A stretch of DNA of 42,305 bases from Pseudomonadota bacterium (GCA_043822785.1 JBDRBN010000058.1:1-42305); one strand, 5' to 3'. Shown: positions 18,609 to 26,924, counted from the first letter of the stretch. Program-made: numbers and translations. The notes: generated by a model from the sequence alone, not told the origin.

Positions 18609-19044
18609 ATTGGCCCCAAAGAAACTGCCACATGGGTTTGTCGATGAGGATGAGCCTTGCATCCATCATTTCTAAATGACGGAAGGCTGCAGGAGCCCTC
18701 GACGCATCTAAAGTTATGGACGGTGGAGCAGGGTTTATCGAAAGCACCTGGGCGGAAATGACAACCGGTCCGCGCACAGGGTCCATAAGCTCTGCTTTTA
18801 GTAATTCTATATCTTTCAGCTTTGCAAGATCATCCTGCGTGATAGAGACGTCGAGCTCGTTCTGGTCATTAGGCAACCACCGAGCAACGCCGGAGATGGA
18901 TATCTGCTGCTCAGATATGAGTAAAAAATACATTGCGCAAGCAACGATGAGGCATATGACAAATCCTGCAAGGATAACAGCTGTCACGCGGGAGCGCAGA
19001 TCCTTTGCAGAAAACGATTGGAGTAAGTTATCTAAAAAGTCCAT
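18607..19044 (-). CDS. Hypothetical single-TM protein, possible ABC exporter accessory
   Basis: One TM (VTAVILAGFVICLIVACAMYFLL), beta-rich remainder, same strand downstream of the ABC exporter. Confidence 0.65.
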   Translation of the reverse strand: MDFLDNLLQSFSAKDLRSRVTAVILAGFVICLIVACAMYFLLISEQQISISGVARWLPNDQNELDVSITQDDLAKLKDIELLKAELMDPVRGPVVISAQVLSINPAPPSITLDASRAPAAFRHLEMMDARLILIDKPMWQFLWGQ

Positions 19045-19056
19045 ATGTATATTCCT

Positions 19057-19156
19057 ATCTACCCCACCCCGTAAAGGGGCGTGGCCCCAACGGGGCTATA
19101 CGCCCTAACCCTCCCCCCTTCGACATTGCTCAGGGCATGCTTACAAAGGGGAGGGA
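19057..19156. repeat. CCCTAACCCTCCCC-type element interrupted by two small hairpins
   Basis: Aligns with the reverse complement of 128-156 once the two inserts are removed. Confidence 0.7.
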
Positions 19157-19157
19157 A

Positions 19158-21371
19158 TCACGTTGCTTGCTTTGCAAGCTCATTGGCATCTATTACAAAA
19201 CAGCCGTGTTCTTTTGCCTTTGAATCTGCCTTAGCCTTAAGCGCCGAGAGCAGCTCCTCAGGAGTTTTGAAGAGCTTTTTCGTTATCGACGTGCCTACAA
19301 AGAGCAAATCGTCCTTGTTGATCTGATATTTTATCTCCTCATCGGCCGGCTTTGGAAACCATGACAATATTCTATTAAAAAATGCTTCAAGATGCGTTGG
19401 GTCTATTTCTGGCAGAAGTATGAGAATGGTGTCGCCATCCAAGATAGCACAATCATCGCCCATGCGAATGGCTTTCTTAAGCAGCATGTCCACGCCTTCC
19501 ATAAACTCTTCAGCTTCTATGGCGCCGTCAGCATCGCTTATTTTATGGAATTTTTTCACCTTTAGTATGGCCAGGCTAAAGCGCGAGCCATAACGCGAGG
19601 AACGCTCGAGCTCTTGGCCTAGATGCTGCCTAAACGTTGCCAGCCCGCCAAACTGCCTCCAGTAGAAGCGATAAAAAGCGCCTTTGCGCTCAAGCAGATC
19701 TTCGAACTGACCTTCTTCAACAAACCGGCCTTCCTCTAGCACGAGTATGTTGTCGGCCATCTTTATAGTGGATAGGCGATGGGCGATGACGATAACAGTC
19801 TTTGTCTTCTTAAGATGGTTAATCACCTCTTGAATCCTGAATTCGCTTTCAGCATCAAGGGCAGCCGTTGCTTCATCAAAGATCACAATAGAGGGATCGC
19901 GCAGCAGGGTGCGAGCAATGGCTATTCTTTGCTTCTGTCCTCCAGAGAGCAGCTCACCGCCTGTGCCCACTGGCGCATCATAGCTGCCCGGAAGCCTTGA
20001 TATAAAATCGTGCGCGCCGGCAAGCTGCGCCACCCGCATTGCATCGCCGCGCGTTTTGCCAGCATTTCCATAAAGGATATTTTCTATGATAGTGCCGTCA
20101 AAGAGCGCAGCATCCTGCGCAACTATTCCTACTTGTTCTCTTAGTTCGTGAATTCTCACCTCAGAGATGTTTTGGCCGTCTACCAGGATGATTCCTTTTG
20201 TGGGGTCAAAAAAGCGCAGCAGCAAGTTTACTAGCGTGCTTTTTCCGCTGCCAGAGCTTCCGACTATGGCTGTAAAGCTTGAGGGAGGGAAGTTCACGTC
20301 AAGGTCATGAAGCACTTGCTTTTTTGGCTCGTATTCAAATGACAGATGGTCAGTGGCAACATCGCCACCTTTAAGAATAAGATGCCCTGCAGCATCATAG
20401 ACTGCACCCTCAGAAGGCTCTTCGAGCACTTCGTCCAGGCGCCGCATGGATACCATCTTTGTCTTCCAAGCGGTAAACAGGCCAATAAATGCGTGGATGG
20501 GTTCGTCCAGTTGCTCTATGTAGAGCATTAGCGCCACGATCTCACCGATGGTTAGATGTCCTTGAACCACTTGGTATCCAAGATACCAAGTGAGGAAGAT
20601 ACCCCAAAGCTGAAGCGTGATGGAATTCGTAAAGGTCTGTACGACGTCCAGCAGCCGCCCCTTTACCGCAATTCTATAGCGCCTCTTTATGAGCTTTGAG
20701 AAAGAGAGGGTTTCTTGTTTTTCCATGCCAAATGCTTTTATCGTCTTTATATTGGAAATCCGTTCGCTCGCACGGCTGTAGATATCTGCATCAGCGTTGA
20801 TGGATTCTTCCTCAACCCGCGCCAGTTTTCCGGCGTAGAATTTTGTTTCTATGATATAAAGCGGCACAGATAGAAGTGCCAAAAGCGTAAGTTTGGGATT
20901 GATGGAAAGGGCTATGCCCAAGATGATGAGAAAACGGCCGCCGTCGATTATAAATGTGGGTAATACGTTTAGCACCATCTCGACAGCATTGCTCACATCA
21001 TCAGTTATCCTGATCAGAAGATCGCCGGATTTCTTTTGCTGATGAAAGCGCAGCGGCAGGCACTGTATTGCGTGGAAGACTCGCTGGGTTAAGTTTGAGG
21101 TTGTTTCTTGCCCCACATATATCTGCAAATAGTCGGACGCTACGCTTATGAAGAAGTAGGCAAAGTAAATGCCTATGGTAGCCAGGATAGTCAGGTTAAG
21201 GAGCGAGAGGTCGCGATAAGGATAGGCGTAATCAAAAAGCACTCTTGTAAATAGCGGCGCTACAAGGCCCAAAAGGGTCATGATGATGTCGAAGAATATG
21301 GAAATGAGAAATATGCCCAGAAAGGGCTTAAGGAGCGAATGGTATTTGCGAAGTATTCGAATATCTTCCAT
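19158..21371 (-). CDS. ABC exporter (TMD+NBD) with C-terminal degenerate GGDEF domain
   Basis: [37 protein letters not shown]; then QELERSSRYGSRFSLAIL...IRMGDDCAILDGDTILILLPE. Start could be 21371 or 21416. Confidence 0.88.
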   Translation of the reverse strand: MEDIRILRKYHSLLKPFLGIFLISIFFDIIMTLLGLVAPLFTRVLFDYAYPYRDLSLLNLTILATIGIYFAYFFISVASDYLQIYVGQETTSNLTQRVFHAIQCLPLRFHQQKKSGDLLIRITDDVSNAVEMVLNVLPTFIIDGGRFLIILGIALSINPKLTLLALLSVPLYIIETKFYAGKLARVEEESINADADIYSRASERISNIKTIKAFGMEKQETLSFSKLIKRRYRIAVKGRLLDVVQTFTNSITLQLWGIFLTWYLGYQVVQGHLTIGEIVALMLYIEQLDEPIHAFIGLFTAWKTKMVSMRRLDEVLEEPSEGAVYDAAGHLILKGGDVATDHLSFEYEPKKQVLHDLDVNFPPSSFTAIVGSSGSGKSTLVNLLLRFFDPTKGIILVDGQNISEVRIHELREQVGIVAQDAALFDGTIIENILYGNAGKTRGDAMRVAQLAGAHDFISRLPGSYDAPVGTGGELLSGGQKQRIAIARTLLRDPSIVIFDEATAALDAESEFRIQEVINHLKKTKTVIVIAHRLSTIKMADNILVLEEGRFVEEGQFEDLLERKGAFYRFYWRQFGGLATFRQHLGQELERSSRYGSRFSLAILKVKKFHKISDADGAIEAEEFMEGVDMLLKKAIRMGDDCAILDGDTILILLPEIDPTHLEAFFNRILSWFPKPADEEIKYQINKDDLLFVGTSITKKLFKTPEELLSALKAKADSKAKEHGCFVIDANELAKQAT

Positions 21372-21454
21372 ATCGTAGATTGTAATATTATCTCTACATT
21401 CATGATTCTGCAACATGTAACACTATTGGCTAACGGCTCGCTCACTTTGTTCGC

Positions 21455-21575
21455 TTACAGCTCACGGCTCACAGCTCACGGCTCACAGCAATCACCCTTC
21501 AACTATCAGCACTTGACACTTCTTTTCAGTATCTGGCATCTAGCATCCAGGATCTAGGATCCATAATCCAGGATC
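21455..21575. repeat. Two heptamer arrays (GCTCACR)n and (ATCYAGS)n
   Basis: gcttacagctcacggctcacagctcacggctcacagc; atctggcatctagcatccaggatctaggatcc. Confidence 0.7.
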
Positions 21576-21585
21576 AGGAGGCTTC

Positions 21586-22527
21586 ATGGGTAATACAGCG
21601 ATCTTTTATGATGATCTTTGCACATATCACGAGATGGGCTATCTACATCCAGAATCGCCACGCCGCCTTAAGGCTATAAAGGAGATGTTGGATAGCGATG
21701 GCGTAGGGCGCGAGGTTGTGAGCCTGCCAGCGCGCGATGCCACAAAAGAAGAGCTCGCATACATACATGACGAAAATTACATTAAAAGGATAGAGGGGAC
21801 AGATGGAGGAGAGCTCAGTGCGCTTGATCCAGACACATCTGTCAATGGGTGGACGTGGAAGGCGAGTCTTCGGGCTTCTGGCGGCTTTATCGCTTGCGTG
21901 GACGCTGTTTGGTCGCAAAAGTTCAAAAATGCCTTTGCCTTTGTAAGACCGCCTGGGCACCATGCAGAGCGCAGCCGGGCCATGGGCTTTTGCATCTTCA
22001 ACAATATTGCAATTGGAGCAGAGTGGCTTGTCAAAAATAAAGGTGTTGAAAGAATAGCGATTGTGGATTTTGATGTACATCACGGCAACGGTACGCAACA
22101 TGCATTTTATAAGCGACCAAATGTATTCTTCGCTTCGGTTCATCACTCGCCTTTTTACCCTGGCACAGGTGAGGCAGATGAAAAGGGAGAGGGTGAGGGC
22201 AGGGGAACTACGCTAAATGTGCCAGTTGGCGCTGGCGCTGATGACGATGATTATCGCCGGGCAATAGGCGATATGATTTTGCCGGCAGTGGAGCGCTTTG
22301 GCCCGCAAATCATCTTGGTGTCAGCCGGTTTCGATGCGCACAAGCTTGATCCGCTTGGGGGCATGAGGATGACTACAGAAGGTTTTAGGTGGATCATGCG
22401 TGCCATCCTTGATGTAGCGCGAGATGTTTGCAAAGGAAGGGTGGCTGTAACGCTTGAGGGAGGATACGACCTGGGGGCTTTACGTGAGAGTACTGAGGCA
22501 CAGTTGGAGGAAATGGTCATCGGATAA
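21586..22527 (+). CDS. Histone deacetylase family amidohydrolase
   Basis: HPESPRRL, RPPGHHA, GFCIFNN, DFDVHHGNGT, SAGFDAH, LEGGY. Confidence 0.95.
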   Translation: MGNTAIFYDDLCTYHEMGYLHPESPRRLKAIKEMLDSDGVGREVVSLPARDATKEELAYIHDENYIKRIEGTDGGELSALDPDTSVNGWTWKASLRASGGFIACVDAVWSQKFKNAFAFVRPPGHHAERSRAMGFCIFNNIAIGAEWLVKNKGVERIAIVDFDVHHGNGTQHAFYKRPNVFFASVHHSPFYPGTGEADEKGEGEGRGTTLNVPVGAGADDDDYRRAIGDMILPAVERFGPQIILVSAGFDAHKLDPLGGMRMTTEGFRWIMRAILDVARDVCKGRVAVTLEGGYDLGALRESTEAQLEEMVIG

Positions 22528-22580
22528 AGCGAAATTAGAAATTGGATATTGGAAATTAGATTAATACAGAGGAGGAATGA

Positions 22581-23195
22581 ATGAAAAAGTTTTATGTATT
22601 TGCAGTGATGGCAATATTGGCAACGGTGATGAGTTTTGGTTGCAAGTCGCAAAAAACGGAAGAAAACACACCTGCAGAGGAAAAGGAGAAGACAATGATA
22701 CAAGAGACTGGAAAACTCTCTGAGCCAACTGAGGCTAATGTCGATACGACAAAAAAGTATACAGCTATAATTAAGACTTCAAAGGGTGATATCGAATGCG
22801 AGCTCTTTGCAAAAGATACACCTCTTTCAGTTACCAACTTCAAACAACTGGCTGATAATGGATTTTATAATGGCCTAACCTTTCACAGGGTAGAGGATGG
22901 GTTTGTGATTCAAGGTGGAGATCCAACCGGCACAGGAAGCGGTGGCCCTGGCTATACGATTTCAGCTGAAATAGGAAAGCCCCATCTAAAGGGGGCACTG
23001 GCTTGGGCTCGCACAGGAGATGCAGTGAATCCCGAGCGCCGTTCCAGCGGCTCGCAGTTTTATATCACTTTGGCTTCAACTCCATTTCTCGATGGCGGCT
23101 ACACCGTGTTTGGCCAGACAACAAAAGGAATGGATGTGGTGGAGAAGATTGCGAGGGGAGACAAGATAGAATCAATTGAAATAAAGGTTGAATAA
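22581..23195 (+). CDS. Cyclophilin-type PPIase lipoprotein
   Basis: Lipobox-like SFGC; FYNGLTFHRV, FVIQGGDP, SSGSQFYI, LDGGYTVFG. Confidence 0.95.
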   Translation: MKKFYVFAVMAILATVMSFGCKSQKTEENTPAEEKEKTMIQETGKLSEPTEANVDTTKKYTAIIKTSKGDIECELFAKDTPLSVTNFKQLADNGFYNGLTFHRVEDGFVIQGGDPTGTGSGGPGYTISAEIGKPHLKGALAWARTGDAVNPERRSSGSQFYITLASTPFLDGGYTVFGQTTKGMDVVEKIARGDKIESIEIKVE

Positions 23196-23247
23196 ACGTT
23201 TCTTGCGTTGCTGGCGTTTCTCGCCTTTCTCGCCATATATATAAAAA

Positions 23248-23338
23248 CCCGACAGGTACTTTAGCCTGATCTCTTTTCCGTGCCACGAGGAACATGCTCC
23301 TTCAGGCCGATAAAGTGATCGCCTTAGGACCTGCCGGG
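23248..23338 (-). other. Branched structured element ending in a U-tract (terminator-like 3' element or ncRNA)
   Basis: Minus strand: cccggcaggt/acctgtcggg, ctttatcggcctga/tcaggctaaag, aggagc/gttcct; G-U pairs occur on the minus strand; followed by TTTTT. Confidence 0.55.
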
Positions 23339-23349
23339 CTATTTTTTTA

Positions 23350-23568
23350 TCATGCCCAAGCGTGCTTATTTCCTTGCCCTCTACCTCTTGTTATCGCCCC
23401 GCGTGGAGAGTGGTGACCTATTCCAAGAGGCATATGTCGCTGAAAACCTGCGCCCATGTGCGGCATATCTGTCATTCCTTTGTTCCAACCTCTCATCGCC
23501 ATTTCTCTCTCTTGTTCTTTTGCCTGCCTCCTTTCCTTATGACCCTTCAAAAAACCAGGAAATCTCAT
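23350..23568 (-). CDS. Small basic Gly/Arg/Met/His-rich hypothetical protein (72 aa)
   Basis: AAGGAGG 5 nt before ATG 23568; extended -10 TGcTATAAT at 23609-23601; terminator-like element downstream. Confidence 0.7.
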   Translation of the reverse strand: MRFPGFLKGHKERRQAKEQEREMAMRGWNKGMTDMPHMGAGFQRHMPLGIGHHSPRGAITRGRGQGNKHAWA

Positions 23569-23715
23569 GGGCACCTCCTTATCAAAGAACCCTCACCCAT
23601 ATTATAGCACTGCTAGAGAAAATCCAGAGTGTGGCTTTGCTAACTGATTGATGTGTAAGGTAAAAAAGAAGTGTCTGGGGTATTGACGTACTTTCCTATT
23701 ATTTCTGTATTTATT

Positions 23716-26358
23716 CTACAATCCTTCTTCTGCACCATAATTCGTTTCGTTAGGCATTTCACCAACTTCCTCGTAGTCCTCTTCAAAGAACTCGCCGGCG
23801 CGGTCTGAACCGCCTTTCATCATTGGACCCATGAGATCAGGGCGTGCTCCAAACACTGCAGACCCGCCTGAGAGAGATGCAATATTTCCAACGGGAAAAC
23901 CCTCGGGTGGTTTAAAGTCTTTGGCCTCCCAACCTTCTGTGGCCATCTTCATAAAATCCAAAAAGATCGGGGAAGCTGTGGATCCGCCAGTGGCGCCGCG
24001 CGCTATTTTTTGCAGCTCATCAAAGCCCACCCACACGCCAGCAACCAGATCTGGCACAAAACCAATGAACCACGCATCAGTTTCATCGTTGGTGGTTCCT
24101 GTTTTGCCAGCAGCGGGCTTGCCAAGCGCGCGCACCCTTGTGCCAGTGCCGCCTTCGACCACGCCCTTTAGGAGGCTTGTCATAAGATATGCTGTCTGCG
24201 GAGTAATGGCGTGCCCAGGAGGAATTTCAGCGCCGTAGAGCGTTTTGATTTCAAGATCAGTGAGGTTGAGCCCGTCTTTCTCAATCGCTTTGCTACCCTG
24301 TTCAAAGAGATTTGTGTTGAGTTCGTCCTTGGCAATTTCTCTTTTGGTTTGGTTTTGTGTTGCTACATCCGCCAATGCTTCGGGAAGCGGGCTTACCTGA
24401 GATATTCTCTTGTCAGGAGCATCAAGGGACTCGATCACATTACCTTTAATATCCTCTATTTTTGTGATCGCCACTGCAGGCACAAACTTTCCGCCATTGT
24501 CAAAGATCGCATATGCCTGCACCATCTCTGCTAAGTGCACAACATTCGAACCAAGAGCCATGGAAAGATATTTATCGATGGGCGTGGTGATACCCATCTT
24601 GCGTTGATATGCCGTGAGGTAATGGGTACCGATATCAAATGTGATTTTAACCGTTGGTATGTTTCTTGAGAACTTGAGACAGTTTTGAAATGGCGTGGCC
24701 CCTTTAAAACTTCCACCATAATTCTTTGGCTTCCAAATTTGATACCGTCCAACCTTATAGGCAACAGGTTCATCTACGATAGTCGTATTATAAGTATAAC
24801 CCTTGTCCAAAGCCGAGGAATATACAAAGGGTTTGAACGATGAGCCTGGCTGCCTTAGCGCTTGAGTTGCGCGATTGAATTCGCTTTTTTCAAAGTCATA
24901 GCCTCCAACCATAGCCTTGATGTAGCCGTTCTGCGGATCCATGGCCATGAGCGCGCTCTGTATTTCAGGTTCCTGAGCCAGATCAAAGGCACCGTCGTCG
25001 CGCATCTGAACGAGTATGACATCGCCGACCTTCAGCACCTGCTTTGTATCTTTTATATATGTGTAATCTTCTGCACCAAACCATGGGCCCTGGGCAGGGC
25101 GAGCCCACTTCACGCCCGCAGCTGGAATAACGCCGCGCATATCGCCTACAAGCACAAAAGCTTCGTTGTTGCCAAAACCTGTGACTACTGCCTTATACAT
25201 TTTGCCCGGCTCGATCGATGCTTTGGGAGCTGTTGTGAGTTTTGTGCCAGGTGGCCATGGAATGATCTTTGAGCTGCCCTTCATTTCATTGGCTATTTCT
25301 TGAGCAAACTCCTGTATCTTGCTTTCTGGAATGTGATCTAACGGTCCTCTATATCCCCTGCGGCGATCAAGCGATTCTATTCCAAGGCGCACAGCCTTTG
25401 TGCCCTTTTCCTGCATGGGCATATTGACGGTAGTATAAATCTTTAGTCCCTTGCGGTAGAGCACGTCATCGCCATAGAGTTCCTTTACCAGCCTGCGAAC
25501 ATGTTCGGTGAAATATGCAGCATCTGGGTTATCAAATTCCTTATCAGTGCCAGCCACATATATGGGAAATTTTTCTTCCTCTGCAGCTTCTGCCTCTACC
25601 TCGCTTATATGTCTTTCATCGATCATGCGCCTTAGCACATGCAGCTGACGCCAGCGCGCTTGCTCTGGATTATTAATGGGCGAAAATGTAGTGGGCGCTG
25701 TTGGAAGGCCCGCGAGGATTGCCATTTGTGCTAAAGAAAGTTCATCGAGCGTTTTATGAAAATAGTTACGAGCTGCTGCTGCTACGCCGTAGGCGCGATT
25801 GCCCAAAAAGATCTGGTTTAGATACATGGTGAGTATCTGTTCTTTGTTCAGATACCGCTCAAGTCTTGTAGCCAGTATAGCTTCTTTTACTTTGCGCGTA
25901 AGAGTGCGCTCTCTGCTAAGCAAAAGCGAGCGCGTGATTTGCTGCGTGATTGTAGAACCACCCTGAGTTATCTCTCCTGCCCGCAGGTTTGCGACAAACG
26001 CGCGGGCGATGGAGCGCATATCAACGCCGCGGTGCTCAAAAAAACGCGAGTCTTCAGAATCGACAAAAGCCTGCACTAGCCTTTTAGGAATTTTGTCGTA
26101 TGGAGTGAAGATTCTGCACTCGGTCCAAAATTCGGCGATCTTGGTGCCGTCGTCTGCAAAGACCTCGCTGATCAGGGGCGGCTGGTAATCTTCGAGAGTT
26201 TGAATGTCGGGTAGATCGCGCGCAAAGTAGAAATAGATGGATAAAAAGGCTATGGTGGCAAAGATGATTATGCCTACGATGATTCCGAGCAGCCATTTAA
26301 TAAGGCGCAGGCCATCACCGATGAACATAAGAGTTTTTGTTATGAGCTGTGATTGCAT
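23716..26358 (-). CDS. mrcA: Penicillin-binding protein 1A
   Basis: TG motifs ED.RFFEHRG.D, QGGSTITQQ, RKVKE; TP motifs SSFK, SRN, KTG. Start uncertain. Confidence 0.95.
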   Translation of the reverse strand: MQSQLITKTLMFIGDGLRLIKWLLGIIVGIIIFATIAFLSIYFYFARDLPDIQTLEDYQPPLISEVFADDGTKIAEFWTECRIFTPYDKIPKRLVQAFVDSEDSRFFEHRGVDMRSIARAFVANLRAGEITQGGSTITQQITRSLLLSRERTLTRKVKEAILATRLERYLNKEQILTMYLNQIFLGNRAYGVAAAARNYFHKTLDELSLAQMAILAGLPTAPTTFSPINNPEQARWRQLHVLRRMIDERHISEVEAEAAEEEKFPIYVAGTDKEFDNPDAAYFTEHVRRLVKELYGDDVLYRKGLKIYTTVNMPMQEKGTKAVRLGIESLDRRRGYRGPLDHIPESKIQEFAQEIANEMKGSSKIIPWPPGTKLTTAPKASIEPGKMYKAVVTGFGNNEAFVLVGDMRGVIPAAGVKWARPAQGPWFGAEDYTYIKDTKQVLKVGDVILVQMRDDGAFDLAQEPEIQSALMAMDPQNGYIKAMVGGYDFEKSEFNRATQALRQPGSSFKPFVYSSALDKGYTYNTTIVDEPVAYKVGRYQIWKPKNYGGSFKGATPFQNCLKFSRNIPTVKITFDIGTHYLTAYQRKMGITTPIDKYLSMALGSNVVHLAEMVQAYAIFDNGGKFVPAVAITKIEDIKGNVIESLDAPDKRISQVSPLPEALADVATQNQTKREIAKDELNTNLFEQGSKAIEKDGLNLTDLEIKTLYGAEIPPGHAITPQTAYLMTSLLKGVVEGGTGTRVRALGKPAAGKTGTTNDETDAWFIGFVPDLVAGVWVGFDELQKIARGATGGSTASPIFLDFMKMATEGWEAKDFKPPEGFPVGNIASLSGGSAVFGARPDLMGPMMKGGSDRAGEFFEEDYEEVGEMPNETNYGAEEGL

Positions 26359-26447
26359 GATTTTGTACGAGAAAGGGGACTCGAACCCCTACAGCCTTGC
26401 GGCCACAAGAAACTGTTTGTCCGCCGGTTTTTTGGCGGAAATTTTGT

Positions 26448-26613
26448 TCCGATTTGACATGATTTTTCGGTTGGCGCAATAGTGAATTTGATGTGCGAGG
26501 GAGGGGACTTGAACCCCTATAGCCTCGCGGCCACAAGAACCTGAATCTTGCGCGTCTGCCAATTCCGCCACCCTCGCGGGGGCGCCAACCGAAAAATCAT
26601 TTGTCAAATCGGA
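26448..26613. repeat. ~30-bp inverted repeat enclosing the intact tRNA
   Basis: tccgatttgacatgatttttcggttggcgc (26448-26477) against gcgccaaccgaaaaatcatttgtcaaatcgga (26582-26613); they differ by a 2-nt indel. Confidence 0.9.
26494..26577 (-). tRNA. tRNA-Leu(CAG)
   Basis: GCGAGGG/CCCTCGC acceptor, GGCGGAATTGGCAGACGC D arm, CAAGA-TTCAGGT-TCTTG anticodon arm, long variable arm, AGGGG-TTCAAGT-CCCCT; CCA not encoded. Confidence 0.97.
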
Positions 26614-26765
26614 TCGTGTCTGCTCCCGGTCCGGCATGTTTTTTTTGTTAAAAAAACATTTGACGGACCGAGGATCCTCGGCACCACAAGATGATTTTTC
26701 TATCGAAAAAACATGTGGTGTCGGGACAATTCTGCCACCCTCGCTCGATATGGCCTCTGGAGTTG

Positions 26766-26924
26766 TCACTCCATGTCCCCATCTTCATCAAAGAGGTTAA
26801 GCTCGTTCTCCTCGAAGAGTACAGCCCCGCAGTTTGGGCAGGTGGAATCATTGCCCACATACTGGCCGCAATTTGGACAAGTTTCAGTATTCTCAAAATC
26901 TAGTGGGATATCAATTCTCTGCAT
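26766..26924 (-). CDS. 52-aa zinc-ribbon protein (absent from the ORF track)
   Basis: MQRIDIPLDFENTETCPNCGQYVGNDSTCPNCGAVLFEENELNLFDEDGDME; two CPNCG knuckles and an acidic tail. Confidence 0.8.
   Translation of the reverse strand: MQRIDIPLDFENTETCPNCGQYVGNDSTCPNCGAVLFEENELNLFDEDGDME

Larger units (their letters stand above)
26366..26744 (-). pseudogene. Split outer tRNA-Leu(CAG) in four colinear segments
   Basis: Segments 26744-26727, 26623-26615, 26446-26440 and 26415-26366 join to 84 nt matching the intact tRNA at 74/84 positions (manual alignment). Confidence 0.8.

Noticed and set aside
23270..23310. HDV-like or hammerhead ribozyme (UCCUCGUGGC, CUGAAGGA on the minus strand)
   Set aside because: P1, P1.1, P2 and the catalytic junction could not be built, and the hammerhead core does not match.
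23352..23651. Plus-strand 99-aa and 81-aa ORFs
   Set aside because: Antisense to a minus-strand ORF that has a strong promoter and SD.
26366..26415. Simple attR scar of a prophage or ICE at tRNA-Leu
   Set aside because: No integrase or cargo, and the 5' and middle tRNA segments are also duplicated colinearly; rejected as the sole explanation.
26602..26607. TTGACA in the IR arm as the tRNA promoter
   Set aside because: No -10 at 16-18 bp (the sequence is CGCCCC), and the hexamer is mirrored in the other arm.
26389..26896. Minus-strand ORFs of 126 and 82 aa
   Set aside because: The first runs through the tRNA and hairpins; the second is an alternate frame of the 52-aa zinc-ribbon gene.
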